Below are positions 27,201 through 39,261 of a DNA stretch of 64,000 nt, in pieces (the stretch's first letter is position 1; every line of letters begins with the position of its first letter). The stretch is taken from positions 10,256,088 through 10,320,087 of the forward strand of contig CM082590.2 in NCBI GenBank assembly GCA_040954595.2, in the 5' to 3' direction. The position numbers and the translations under genes are program-made. The stretch is from Balanoglossus misakiensis (lineage: Eukaryota > Animalia > Hemichordata). The notes beneath the pieces are model-generated. The model was not told the DNA's origin. It ran no database searches and was given only the letters and a program-made list of their open reading frames with translations.

Positions 27201-29831
27201 AGTACTCGCCTTGATATCTGCATATGCAAATACATGCAAATACATGCAAATCTTGCTTACGGCTTCGTGACTTCGGGGGTAATTTTGGCGGTTTTTCTCA
27301 ATATTTCACTTAGTTTTCCACCAAATAAAACCGGATTTTATGCTAAAGTGTTTAGATTGCTTGTCCTAACCCAGGCAAAGTATAACATGTAAGCAAAAAG
27401 TAGGTTTTGAGGCCGATTTTTCAGTTTAAAAGTCTCAGATAGCAATCTTTCAATTCTTTTGTTTTTATTAGAATTTGAGGGTCTACAAGCCCTTTTCGGC
27501 CAAGAAAGTGAAGAGGTTGGATTTAAGGGTTTTCCAGTAGTTTACAGGTGGGGGTACAGGAAATATTACCGAAGTTTAGTGGTGTGTACTGGTTTAGCAG
27601 TAACAATTTTGTTTTCTAAGATTTATAATATTTTTTTCTGATGAGAATATAGTCGATTTTGAGGATGATGGTAACCATGGAGATGATGATAGAGATGATG
27701 AGAATAGTGATGACGATTAAACAATGATAATGGTGATGATAATGAAATGGCGATGTCAAATATTATTATGATGTGAACCGGATAATATCTAATGCCTAAT
27801 TTTATTTGTAGATCATGAAATATACCAATCAGTGCTGAATTTGATCGAACGAGGCTGCAAGGTCATTCGAGTCAACCATCTAGGGCTTCATGCATCGTAT
27901 CGGAGAAACTTTGGAGACGGCTACGCTTGCAGATTTCTTCCAATTAAACCAAGCGACGTCCGAGACTGTGCGTAATATGTTTTATTTGGATGTGAGAGGT
28001 TGAAAATATTTGACCGGGAACACAAATTAAGGTGAGAATTGATGTTACATCGACGTGCTAGCTTGTACACAAATCATGGGTTATAGCTCATGAAAATCAT
28101 CCAAAAATGACGATTTTTCGACTTTGCGAAGTTTCGAAATTTCTTCATTTTTAGAAAAAAATCATGGGTTATAGCTCATGAAAATCATCCAAAAATGTCG
28201 ATTTTTCGACTTTGCGGAGTTTCGAAATTTCCTCATTTTTAGAAGAAAATCATGGGTTATAGCACATGAAAATCATCCAAAAATGACGATTTTTCGACTT
28301 TGCGAAGTTTCGAAATTTCTTCATTTTTAGAAAAAAATCATGGGTTATAGCTCATGAAAATCATCCAAAAATGACGATTTTTCGACTTTGCGAAGTTTCG
28401 AAATTTCTTCATTTTTAGAAAAAAATCATGGGTTATAGCTCATGAAAATCATCCAAAAATGTCGATTTTTCGACTTTGCGGAGTTTCGAAATTTCCTCAT
28501 TTTTAGAAGAAAATCATGGGTTATAGCACATGAAAATCATCCAAAAATGACGATTTTTCGACTTTGCGAAGATTCGAAATTTCTTCATTTTTAGAAAAAA
28601 ATCATGGGTTATAGCTCATGAAAATCATCCAAAAATGACGATTTTTCGACTTTGCGAAGTTTCGAAATTTCTTCATTTTTAGAAAAAAATCATGGGTAAT
28701 AGCTCATGAAAATCATCCAAAAATGACGATTTTTCGACTTTGCGAAGTTTCGAAATTTCTTCACTTTTTGAAAAAAATCATGGGTTATAGCTCATTAAAA
28801 TCATCCAAAAATGACGGTTTTTCGATTTTGCGAAGTTTCGAAATTTCTTCACTTTTTGAAAAAAATCATGGGTTATAGCTCATGAAAATCATCCAAAAAT
28901 GTCGATTTTTCGACTTTGCGGAGTTTCGAAATTTCCTCATTTTTAGAAGAAAATCATGGGTTATAGCACATGAAAATCATCCAAAAATGACGATTTTTCG
29001 ACTTTGCGAAGTTTCGAAATTTCTTCATTTTTAGAAAAAAATCATGGGTTATAGCTCATGAAAATCATCCAAAAATGACGATTTTTCGACTTTGCGAAGT
29101 TTCGAAATTTCTTCATTTTTAGAAAAAAATCATGGGTTATAGCTCATGAAAATCATCCAAAAATGTCGATTTTTCGACTTTGCGGAGTTTCGAAATTTCC
29201 TCATATTTAGAAGAAAATCATGGGTTATAGCACATGAAAATCATCCAAAAATGACGATTTTTCGACTTTGCGAAGTTTCGAAATTTCTTCATTTTTAGAA
29301 AAAAATCATGGGTTATAGCTCATGAAAATCATCCAAAAATGACGATTTTTCGACTTTGCGAAGTTTCGAAATTTCTTCATTTTTAGAAAAAAATCATGGG
29401 TAATAGCTCATGAAAATCATCCAAAAATAACGATTTTTCGACTTTGCGAAGTTTCGAAATTTCTTCACTTTTTGAAAAAAATCATGGGTTATAGCTCATT
29501 AAAATCATCCAAAAATGACGGTTTTTCGATTTTGCGAAGTTTCGAAATTTCTTCACTTTTTGAAAAAAATCATGGGTTATAGCTCATGAAAATCATCCAA
29601 AAATGATGATTTTTCGACTTTGCGAAGTTTCGAAATTTCTTCACTTTTTGAAAAAAATCATGGGTTATAGCTCATGAAAATCATCCAAAAATGATGATTT
29701 TTCGACTTTGCGAAGTTTCGAAATTTCCTCATTTTTAGAAGAAAATCATGGGTTATAGCTCATGAAAATCATCCAAAAATGACGATTTTTCGACTTTGCG
29801 AAGTTTCGAATTTTCTTCATTTTTTGAAAAA
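18287..29831 (+). repeat. 88-bp satellite in five arrays: 18287-19502, 20524-22111, 23133-24883, 25905-27050, 28072-29831 (about 14, 18, 20, 13 and 20 units)
   Basis: Consensus AATCATGGGTTATAGCTCATGAAAATCATCCAAAAATGACGATTTTTCGACTTTGCGAAGTTTCGAAATTTCTTCATTTTTAGAAAAA; period measured as 88 (e.g. 18361, 18449, 18537). Confidence 0.97.
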
Positions 29832-30861
29832 TATTGCTCACCTGATTAGTTTATGATTTAAATTGAATAAAGGAATTAGGATAAACTCTTTTTTAACTGC
29901 ATATACGAGGTTAAAGGTCAGGACGAGCGCCCTCTTTTAACCGCCATCAAAATTACTTTGTTCACCCCCTTCCCTTTTTGCAGTACTCGCCTTGATATCT
30001 GCATATGCAAATACACGCAAATACATGCAAATCTTGCCTACGGCTTCGTGACTTCGGGGGTAATTTTGGCGGTTTTTCTCAATATTTCACTTAGTTTTCC
30101 ACCAAATAAAACCGGATTTTATGCTAAAGTGTTTAGATTGCTTGTCCTAACCCAGGCAAAGTATAACATGTAAGCAAAAAGTAGGTTTTGAGGCCGATTT
30201 TTCAGTTTAAAAGTCTCAGATAGCAATCTTTCAATTCTTTTGTTTTTATTAGAATTTGAGGGTCTACAAGCCCTTTTCGGCCAAGAAAGTGAAGAGGTTG
30301 GATTTAAGGGTTTTCCAGTAGTTTACAGGTGGGGGTACAGGAAATATTACCGAAGTTTAGTGGTGTGTACTGGTTTAGCAGTAACAATTTTGTTTTCTAA
30401 GATTTATAATATTTTTTTCTGATGAGAATATAGTCGATTTTGAGGATGATGGTAACCATGGAGATGATGATAGAGATGATGAGAATAGTGATGACGATTA
30501 AACAATGATAATGGTGATGATAATGAAATGGCAGTGATAAAGATTATTATGATGTGAAGCGGATAATATCTAATGCCTAATTTTATTTGTAGATCATGAA
30601 ATATCCCAATCATTGATGAATTTGACCGGACGAGGCTGCAAGGTCATGCGGGTCAACTATCTAGGGCTTCATGCATCGTATTCGAGAAACTTTGGCGACG
30701 GCTACGCTTGCAGATTTCTTCGAATTAAACCAAGCGACGTCCGAGACTGTGCGTAATATGTATTGTTTGGATGTAAGAGGTTAGAAATCTTCGGAATATT
30801 TGACCGGGAACACAAATCAAGGTGAGAATCGATGTTACATCGCCGAGCTAGCTTGTATACA
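19503..30861 (+). repeat. 1021-bp spacer module repeated five times (19503-20523, 22112-23132, 24884-25904, 27051-28071, 29832-about 30861)
   Basis: Near-identical copies begin TATTGCTCACCTGATTAG and end GCTAGCTTGTACACA; the same short ORFs recur at 19629, 22238, 25010, 27177 and 29958. Confidence 0.97.
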
Positions 30862-30990
30862 AATTACACGTGTTTACTTCATACATTGTGCATGTCTACC
30901 TCTGTACGTCACCTCTGCAGGACAGACGAGTCGCTCGTCAGTTTGTCGAAACTGTGTGTGTTATCGATAGAATTACGGCCAATAACTGTT

Positions 30991-31700
30991 GCTTATGTTT
31001 ACAATTATCTGAGTCTGATCTGTTTCTGTCGTGAGCTACATCAGCGAATCTGACCTCAAACTATCTGCCCATGTCTTAACACACAAATGTGTATAATGTA
31101 TATTTCAATTGAAATCTACATCAGCTGTAAAATATTTGGTGCCACATGACTTTTCCTTTTCTTGATAAGTGACTGTTATTGAAAAGACTAGTAATGAAAT
31201 AAGATACTGGTATGAAATGATTGTTTATTATCTGCTTATGTTTACAATTATCTCAGTCTGTCCATGGTCTATCTGTCAGACTCTGATCTGCTTCTGTCGT
31301 GTGCTACTTCAGCGAATCTGACCTCAAACTACCTGCCCATGTCTTAACACACCAATGTTGAATGTACCATTCATGAATGCAATGTATATTTCAATTGAAA
31401 TCTACATCAGCTGTAAAATTTGGTTGATGGTTTCTTAACAATGGTGTAGGTTTCAACAGGTTTTGCATTGCATCGTTCGAAGGATTTTTTTAATGATATG
31501 CCATTGATGTGGTTAAATATCAATTTTGTATTTGTTGAGTGACAGAATGCTTAACTTTGGGGGGAAATATTTCCTTAGTTTTAAATTGATTAGTAAAGCC
31601 CAACTATAAATATATTTATTGACAATGATGCTACATTTTCTTAATAAGTGACTGTTATTGAAAAGAATAATGAAATAATGATACAGAATGATTGTTTATT
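30991..31700. repeat. Local imperfect direct duplication
   Basis: CTTATGTTTACAATTATCT...CAGCGAATCTGACCTCAAACT...GAAATCTACATCAGCTGTAAAAT at about 30991-31132 and 31234-31420; ATAAGTGACTGTTATTGAAAAGA at about 31165 and 31644. Confidence 0.75.
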
Positions 31701-32040
31701 GAAATATTGACATCATCAAAGGTACATTGTTACTTGAATTCAATGAAAACAAAAAAAAACAACTGTTATTTGCATTTCATGTTTTGAAAAAAATCCCATC
31801 ATCAAATGTCCACCACTACCACCATCATGGTTGTTTACATCATTTCCATCTTCTCAATCACAGCAGCTGGTGACTTCATCTGCAACTCTCTGATACAAAG
31901 AGACAATGATACAAATTGAGAAATAGTTATGGTATTTTGAAACATACATTCTTAGATTTTTGATAACAAGTATGCCATAAAAGTGGTTGTGTGAATTACA
32001 TGCTGTTCTAACCTTCACACCATTTTTATTTCATCAGTAG

Positions 32041-32958
32041 GCCGATGATAACCAGCTATACCTCGCCTTTTCCCATCAAGATTCAACCTCTGCCGTTCAA
32101 GCTCTGGAGATCTGTATCCGTGACATAAAGGAATGGATGACGCTGAAGGTACAACTAAATGACAACAAAACCGAAGTCCTTGTTCTTCGCTCAAAATTTA
32201 GTCGTCTTCCTGATCCTATTCCATCCATCAATATCGGCTCTACATCTATCACTCCAGTAACAACAGCACGTAATCTGGGAGTTGTCTTCGATAGTATCCA
32301 TATGTATAACCAGCACATCAAGAATACCTGCAAGTCCATCTATTTTCATCTTCGACGCATCGGATCAATACGTCAGTACCTGTCTTCTAAGGATTGTTGT
32401 ACTTTAATTCATGCAGTTCTTTCAACCAAACTTGATTACTGCAATTCGTTACTGTTTGGTCTTCCTCAATCTGCAATTAATCTACTTCAGCGCTCGCAAA
32501 ATACAGCAGCAAGAATCATCACCCGGTCGAAGAAGTTTGAACATGTCACTCCCGCTCTCATCTCTCTGCATTGGCTACCAGTTTGTGCCAGGATTGATTA
32601 CAAGATATTGCTTCTTACATGTAAGGCCATTCATGGCCTTACCCCGGAGTACATTTCTGACATGGTTAATCGATCTACCCCTTCACGCAGCTTAAGGTCT
32701 CGGGAAAAGAACCTTCGGACAATAACACACTACAAACAAGTCAACTATGGAGGACGTGCATTTTCCTATGCTGCTCCAAAGCTCTGGAACTCACTACCTG
32801 ATGACATTCGTCTAGCTACCAGTCTAGACTCTTTTAAGGGGAAACTGAAGACTGACTTGTTTAAAACAGCCTACAGTGTGTGAACAACCATCGGGCGCCA
32901 CTGAACAGTTCTCTGGATATTGGCGCCATAGAAATGTTTTTGATTGATTGATTGATTG
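32041..32958 (+). mobile_element. 5'-truncated non-LTR retrotransposon (L2/CR1-group LINE), ORF2 RT C-terminus plus 3' UTR
   Basis: Frame opens at ADDNQLYLAF (YADD RT motif) and continues LN..KTEVLV, RNLGVVFDS, LDYCNSLLFGLP, LHWLPV, GGRAFSYAAPKLWNSLP to a stop at 32883. Short 3' UTR ends in a (GATT)n tail. Confidence 0.92.
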
Positions 32959-33326
32959 TGATGCAGTTTGATAATTTACAATTGTAAAATATACAGAGTG
33001 TTTAGACAATGACACAATCGTTGTTTATCTTTTTCCAAAGAGTAGTACAGTGCTAGTTATAGTCTCGGATGCGGTCAGCAGTCGACTCTCCAGAGTGCAC
33101 TGTCTATGGGCTTTGGCTTTTCTCATACCACGTCTTTGAAAGCCATGAAATATGTGCTTTCGATTGTAAAAACTATGAATGTTCCTATTAAATTCATTGA
33201 TCGAAAATAATGCTCGGTCTCATTATAGTAAGTTAAAAAAACTTGCTATAATGAGATCGAGCATTTTTTTTAAAACAAGTTAAGATGTCATAGTTATATG
33301 TTAGATTTTAATTCCACCACATAACT

Positions 33327-33410
33327 AAGCTCGTGGCCTAGTGGTTAGAGGTATGGACTGCCAACTGGCAGGTCCTGAGTTCAAACCCCGGAGTGGGTAC
33401 ATCGTTTTTT
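33327..33410 (+). pseudogene. tRNA-derived element (tRNA-Gly(GCC)-like pseudogene or SINE head)
   Basis: A box TGGCCTAGTGG (33334-33344), B box GAGTTCAAACC, GCC at the anticodon position and a T6 terminator at 33405-33410. The acceptor and anticodon stems pair poorly. Confidence 0.65.
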
Positions 33411-33508
33411 AGCTTCAATTTTCAAACAAACTGTTGACTGTATCTTTATGTACCACTAATTTCACATAGTATTTCGTGAGGAGACACATAGATCAGTGTT
33501 CTGCTGGT

Positions 33509-33722
33509 ATACACATGGGCTGAACGGACAGCTAGTGTAAGCGCGGGTTCTAATCCCGCTGTGTGTCAATTCCATGCCCTCAGGAGCGCATTAGGCTCGC
33601 GGTCGGGCACCCCTTAGGCTAGTAGCAATCCAATTGCTGACTGTGTCCCTGGATACAGATCACTAGCCTCGTCACTGGCTTGCCAGTGGCGTCCGACCGC
33701 GAGACGAGTGCGGGGGGTTTTT
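33509..33722 (+). ncRNA. Putative Pol III transcript: anticodon-less tRNA-like module plus multibranch structured RNA
   Basis: 7-bp acceptor stem ATACACA/TGTGTGT, D-like arm GCTG/CAGC, T arm GCGGG-TTCTAAT-CCCGC; then a five-helix fold at 33596-33703 and TTTTT at 33718-33722. Confidence 0.45.
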
Positions 33723-33780
33723 ATTAAAAAAAAAATTTTTAATTTTTTTTAAACAATTCTCTATAGTATAGTACTAGAGG

Positions 33781-34306
33781 TAATTCATCACGCAACAAAG
33801 TATGGACACTTTTTGTGAAATATTCTCTTTATTACACATTGATTGATCTCAATTATTAATAGATATAACACTGAATGTTGTACATGTGACCAGTAGTCTG
33901 CTTTTAAGGATCAAAATTGATTTCCATTAAATACTTAACTCTTACGCCAAGCAGAGTCTGGGAAAAGTACTATATTGAAACAGTTTCTGAAATGGTTTTG
34001 TAAATACAAGTTTCAGATTTTTGTGAGTAATTGGTTCTATGGCGCCATAGAACCAATTACTCACAAAAATCTGAAACTTGTATTTACAAAACCATTTCAG
34101 AAACTGTTTCAATATAGTACTTTTCCCAGACTCTGCTTGGCGTAAGAGTTAAGTATTTAATGGAAATCAATTTTGATCCTTAAAAGCAGACGACTGGTCA
34201 CATGTACAACATTCAGTGTTATATCTATTAATAATTGAGATCAATCAATGTGTAATAAAGAGAATATTTCACAAAAAGTGTCCATACTTTGTTGCGTGAT
34301 GAATTA
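33781..34306. repeat. 526-bp spacerless palindrome
   Basis: 263-bp arms centred on ...TTCTATGGC|GCCATAGAA... (34043/34044); one mismatch seen (GACCAGTAGTCTG versus GACCAGTCGTCTG). Confidence 0.95.
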
Positions 34307-34943
34307 AAGTGGTGTCAATACCAGATGGTATTGACTTTAAATCATCACGCAACAAAGTACAGACTATTTTAGTGAAAAAATCTCTTTATTTCACATTGCT
34401 TGATCTCGCTGAACACATTCAAAAATTGATAATCATAACATAACTGACCATTCTCAAAAGCAGAGTCTGGGAGGTTCTGAAACGGTTTTGCTGGCAAAAA
34501 GCTGTGGAGCTTGACAGAAATGAAATTCTTCACTGCGCTTGAAACTGCAGAAGGCCAAACTCGTACACTGTAAAGAAAAAAAAAGAAACATCTAAGAAAA
34601 AACAGCAAAATACTACTAATAAAAATAGTAAAAGAACTGAAAAACTAAAATGACTGGTAACGCCATACAGCATTACAATCAACAAATATTTAAAAAAATA
34701 AAAAAGTAAACAAAAAACAAACATTTTTAAAATACCAATAAAATTATGAAACTACTAAAAACAGTTTTTCCTGTAAAATGGAAATATGAATCTGACATTG
34801 AAATTATTCTTAAAAATTCTATGTCTCTACTCTCTTACTATGTAAATTGTCCATGAAAATTGTACTTGGTGGACAGATAACAAGTACATTGTATATCTAC
34901 TACCAGATTTTTAACCTGTTTCAACAAGCATAGAGTCAGATAA

Positions 34944-36250
34944 GGGACCGTTCAGTTTTTTACGGCATGGGGGGGGGGGTCACTTTAATGTTGAAGTCCA
35001 AAGGGGGGGGGTCATCTGGTTTTTTGAACGTTTAGGGAGGGGGGGGGTCACATACTTTTGCCATCAAACTTTTGCTTTTGAGTCCACATTGTGACAAAAT
35101 TGCAGTTTTGCGCCCTTTATTTTACAAAATTTTCACACCCACCCCCTTCATTCTCCGCCACATTTCATTTTTTGCTGGTTTGTCTAGTGTACCAGGGCAG
35201 AGTGCTTGCCAACCCAACTTAAACGATGACAATATTTATCAAAGTAAATACATAAAGGAGAATAATTGTTAAACCATTTTGCATAACTGATAGTTTTGCG
35301 CTGCATCTTCAATACCCTAGAAGTTTTATAAATGATGTCATGACGAAGATGACGCCAAATCTTCTAACTTTGAGTGGAGTGGCAAAAAGTAATTGGTCCT
35401 CCCAAACATTGAGATTATTTGCTTTTTAGTTCATTAAAATGCAACTTTGCGCTACATATTTTTACAAAATTTTCTTATTTTCTTTCCACACCCACCCCCT
35501 CCATTCTTCGCCACATTGCATTTATTCGCTGGTTTGTCCAGTGTACCAGGGCAGACTTCTTCCCACCCCACTCCCGATGCTTACTTTGAGTGGAGTGGCA
35601 AAATTAAAATTTGTCCTCCCTAACATTGAGTTAATTTGCTTTTGAGTTCATTAAAATGCAACTTTGCGTTGCATATTTTTACAAAATTTTCTTCCCACAC
35701 CCACCCCCTCCATTCTTCACCACATTGCATTTATTCGCTGGTTTGTCTAGTGTACCAGGGCAGACCTCTTGCCACCCCAATGCTTACTTTGAGTGGAGTG
35801 GCAAAATTAAAATTTGTCCTCCCTAACATTGAGTTAATTTGCTTTTGAGTTCATTAAAATGCAACTTTGCACTACATATTTTTACAAACATTTTTTCCCA
35901 CACCCACCCCATTCATTGACAACAATGTGAATATATACACGATAGCTTGCTGCGCTCGCACTCAGGTCAAACCTGTCACATATAATGGGGTTTTAAAATC
36001 ATTACTTGAAAATATCACTGGTTTAAACGTGTCTCCCATATTTTTAAACAACTGTCTCCCATATTTGGATAATGTGTCCTGGACACACAAGGAAGTCACT
36101 AAATGTGGCGGCCATTTTGAATGCCATAGACTTAGCACAGATGTAGGCGGCCATTTTGAAACTCAAAGTTGGCGGCCATTTTGAAAGTCATAATGTAAGA
36201 TAATTTTTACAAGACCCCGCCCCCAATTTAATGAGTAAATGAACAGTTAT
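34944..36250. mobile_element. Degenerate DNA-transposon-like element (possibly PIF/Harbinger type) with internal tandem repeats of about 200 bp
   Basis: Starts TAA|GGGACCGTTCAG followed by G-runs. Internal repeats of ACTTTGAGTGGAGTGGCAAAA at about 35368, 35583 and 35786. Right TIR only weakly recognisable. Confidence 0.35.
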
Positions 36251-38669
36251 TTTTGGCAATAAATGAATAATCTAAAGTAGCTCTGGGCCAACATTTTTGG
36301 ACTTTTTCATGAGTTTTAGCTCATGAAAATTGTCAAAAAATTACAAATTCCCGACTTTGTGAACTTCAGCAAATTTATCATTTTGGGACATTTTTCATTG
36401 GTTAGGCTACCAACTGAACGCATTAAAATCGTTGAAATTTGACCACCTGCTGTATCCAAAAGGAGTAAACAGACGTGTAATTGTAATGCTGTATTTCCAT
36501 GAAATTCACTGCTAAATTAAGCTAAGCATGGAAAAAAGATGTTGATGGGATTCAGTTTGTTGTAAAATTAGTCTGAAAGTATTTCCAGCATTAATAATGT
36601 GTTACACTTCAAGAGAATCTGTTGCTATAGTTGATATAAAGATTAATCAACTGATAACCACTTGGATGCAAATAAACCCTAATGGCTGATTATATATTTT
36701 CAGAACAGTGCATTACACGTTATCTTTTCCTACAAATATTATTTCTAAAAAAGATGTAACCCTGACCACATCTATGGATATTTTCAACGAAAATCCGGCC
36801 GTTACATACAGAGCAACATGACAATTTTATGTGAAATTGAATTTAGTTATGTACATTGCAATTTCATTACTGAACAGGTAACTTTTTTACTGAAAACTAG
36901 TTGCGTTATAAACGCCTACCGACCCTATCGACGCGATGAATGGGGAAACAGATGTTTTGACCAGGAATTAGGGTCGGGGATTTGAAAACACGACGGAGTT
37001 GTCAGAGTGAAGGGAGCGTAACCACAGGAAGCCCTAGACTCTAGAGTGACTACAGTTACATCCGTGTAGGGCCTCGAGTGGTTGATTTAAGGGCCCTTTG
37101 GGCATAACCGGACAAGCCCCTGCCAACCCTGGGGGGATGGACGGCTACGTTAAACCTTATCTCTGCTCGGCAGAGCCGGGCTGTGTGTTTTTATACCGAC
37201 TACTACTTCTAGTATGCTGTTGTTGGATGCCCTATATAGCGCCAGTGCAGCATGGTCATATACATAAACATCTAGCTATACATGATGAAAAAATAGAACC
37301 TCACCTTATTTTTCCTGTGAATTCAGTCTGCTACTTGAAAGGGTAGGGATTAGGCGTCCTATATTGACATCACGGGCACTTGTTGACCGGATTTGGCGAA
37401 GGTTTGAGGCAATTTTCGGGCGATACGGCCATATTTTCTGGAAAGTACCATAAACAGTATACGAGGTTAAAGGTCGCGACGAGCGCCCTCTAGTAACCGC
37501 CATTAAAATTACTTTGTTTCAAGACGTAAGACGGCTATCTTACAGTACGTACAAATGAACTTTTAAAAACCCTTACTCAAACTCTAAGTAAAGCGTCATG
37601 GTCAGAAATGTTGTTGATGCAAAATCTCGCCTGTTTCTTTCAGAAATATTATTTTACGAAAATAAGTCTCACTGTACATCTAGGAAACACTGGGTAAACT
37701 GAAACCATCACAGACCATGTAATACATGTATCTAGTATACCAGTGAAGGCCAGAAACTTTATTGACACCACTGGTCTATGCACTGGCCCGTGAAGTATTA
37801 ACCTTTCAACATTATGCACAGCATCTGAATTGAATTGAAAGGTCACTGTATTGAAAAAAAGGCAAAGGGGACACGGAACCTACATTTTCCACAAAGCTGC
37901 GTTCACAGGGGTGTCTGAGGATATGTGTGTAAGTACTCTTTCATTTCAACTCTCATTTGTAACATAAGTATAAAATGTGACATTAAAAACTCCATTTTTT
38001 CACATTTCCCAAAGGTGTGTACAGTAATTTCGGGCTCTGGTTAGAGAATTGGGTCACGTTGCAATTCAATCACAAGTCATCTCAATGACAGAGCCCTGGC
38101 CGTATGGGTAATTTTGGGGGATAGCATTTACTATGTTCAAAACAATGAATAGCATTTTATTGTATGATATGTCCTCAGTGACCACGACCTTAACACGCAA
38201 GACGCAACAACGCGTATCGACAGTAACCGTAGATCTTGTAATATCCCAATCACTGATCGAAATCGACCGGAAGAGGCGGCAAGGTCAATCGGGTCAACCA
38301 TCTAGGGCAACATCGCGAAATTGTCATTTTTTAACAATTTTCATGAGCTTTAACCCATGAAAAATGTCCAAAAGTGACAAAATCACCGAAATTCGCAAAG
38401 TCGCGAAATTGTCATTTTTTAACAATGAACGTTGACGGCATGGTATTTTCTGTTGGGTTCGATCAACTCTACTTGTCCATTCTTTTCAACGGCGACTTTG
38501 CATTTATACGTTTGAATTGTTTTCCGAAAATCATGAAAAAGGGAAATATTTGGCCGGACAAATTTCATCTTCCACTTAAAATAATTCTATTATCCTAAGT
38601 CTTCGTGAAACTGATGTCGCATAAATAAAAAAGATTGACGGATAGTGCACATTTAGTAATAGGTATTTA

Positions 38670-39243
38670 TATTGCTCAACTGATTAGTTTATGATTTAAA
38701 TTGAACAAAGGAATTAGGATAAACTCTTTCTTAACTGCATATACGAGGTTAAAGGTCAGGACGAGCGCCCTCTTTTAACCGCCATCAAAATTACTTTGTT
38801 CACCCCCTTCCCTTTTTGCAGTACTCGCCTTGATATCTGCATATGCAAATACATGCAAATACATGCAAATCTTGCCTACGGCTTCGTGACTTCGGGGGTA
38901 ATTTTGGCGGTTTTTCTCAATATTTCACTTAGTTTTCCACCAAATAAAATCGGATTTTATGCTAAAGTGTTTAGATTGCTTGTCCGAACCCAGGCAAAGT
39001 CTAACATGTAAGCAAAAAGTAGGTTTTGAGGCCGATTTTTCAGTTTAAAAGTCTCAGATGGCAATCTTTCAATTCTTTTGTTTTTATTAGAATTTGAGGG
39101 TCTACAAGCCCTTTTCGGCCAAGAAAGTGAAGAGGTTGGATTTAAGGGTTTTCCAGTAGTCTACGGGGGGGGGGTACAGGAAATATTACTGAAATTTAGT
39201 GGTGTACTTGTTTAGCAGTAACAATTTTGTATTCTAAGATTTA
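38670..39243 (+). repeat. Solo, slightly diverged copy of the 5' part of the 1021-bp spacer
   Basis: Begins at the same boundary (TATTGCTCA) and follows the spacer to about TTCTAAGATTTA; the ORF at 38796 matches the one at 19629. Confidence 0.95.
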
Positions 39244-39261
39244 GAATAATCTTGTCAATGT

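Noticed and set aside
18287-30861. CRISPR-like repeat/spacer array
   Set aside because: The repeats are contiguous 88-bp monomers and the 1-kb spacers are near-identical to each other rather than unique. No cas genes; eukaryotic context.
33327-33400. Functional tRNA-Gly gene
   Set aside because: Acceptor and anticodon stems do not pair properly; treated as a pseudogene or SINE head.
33596-33703. Hammerhead ribozyme or known Pol III RNA (7SK, SRP, Y, vault)
   Set aside because: No CTGATGA/GAAA core and none of the signature sequences I know for those RNAs.
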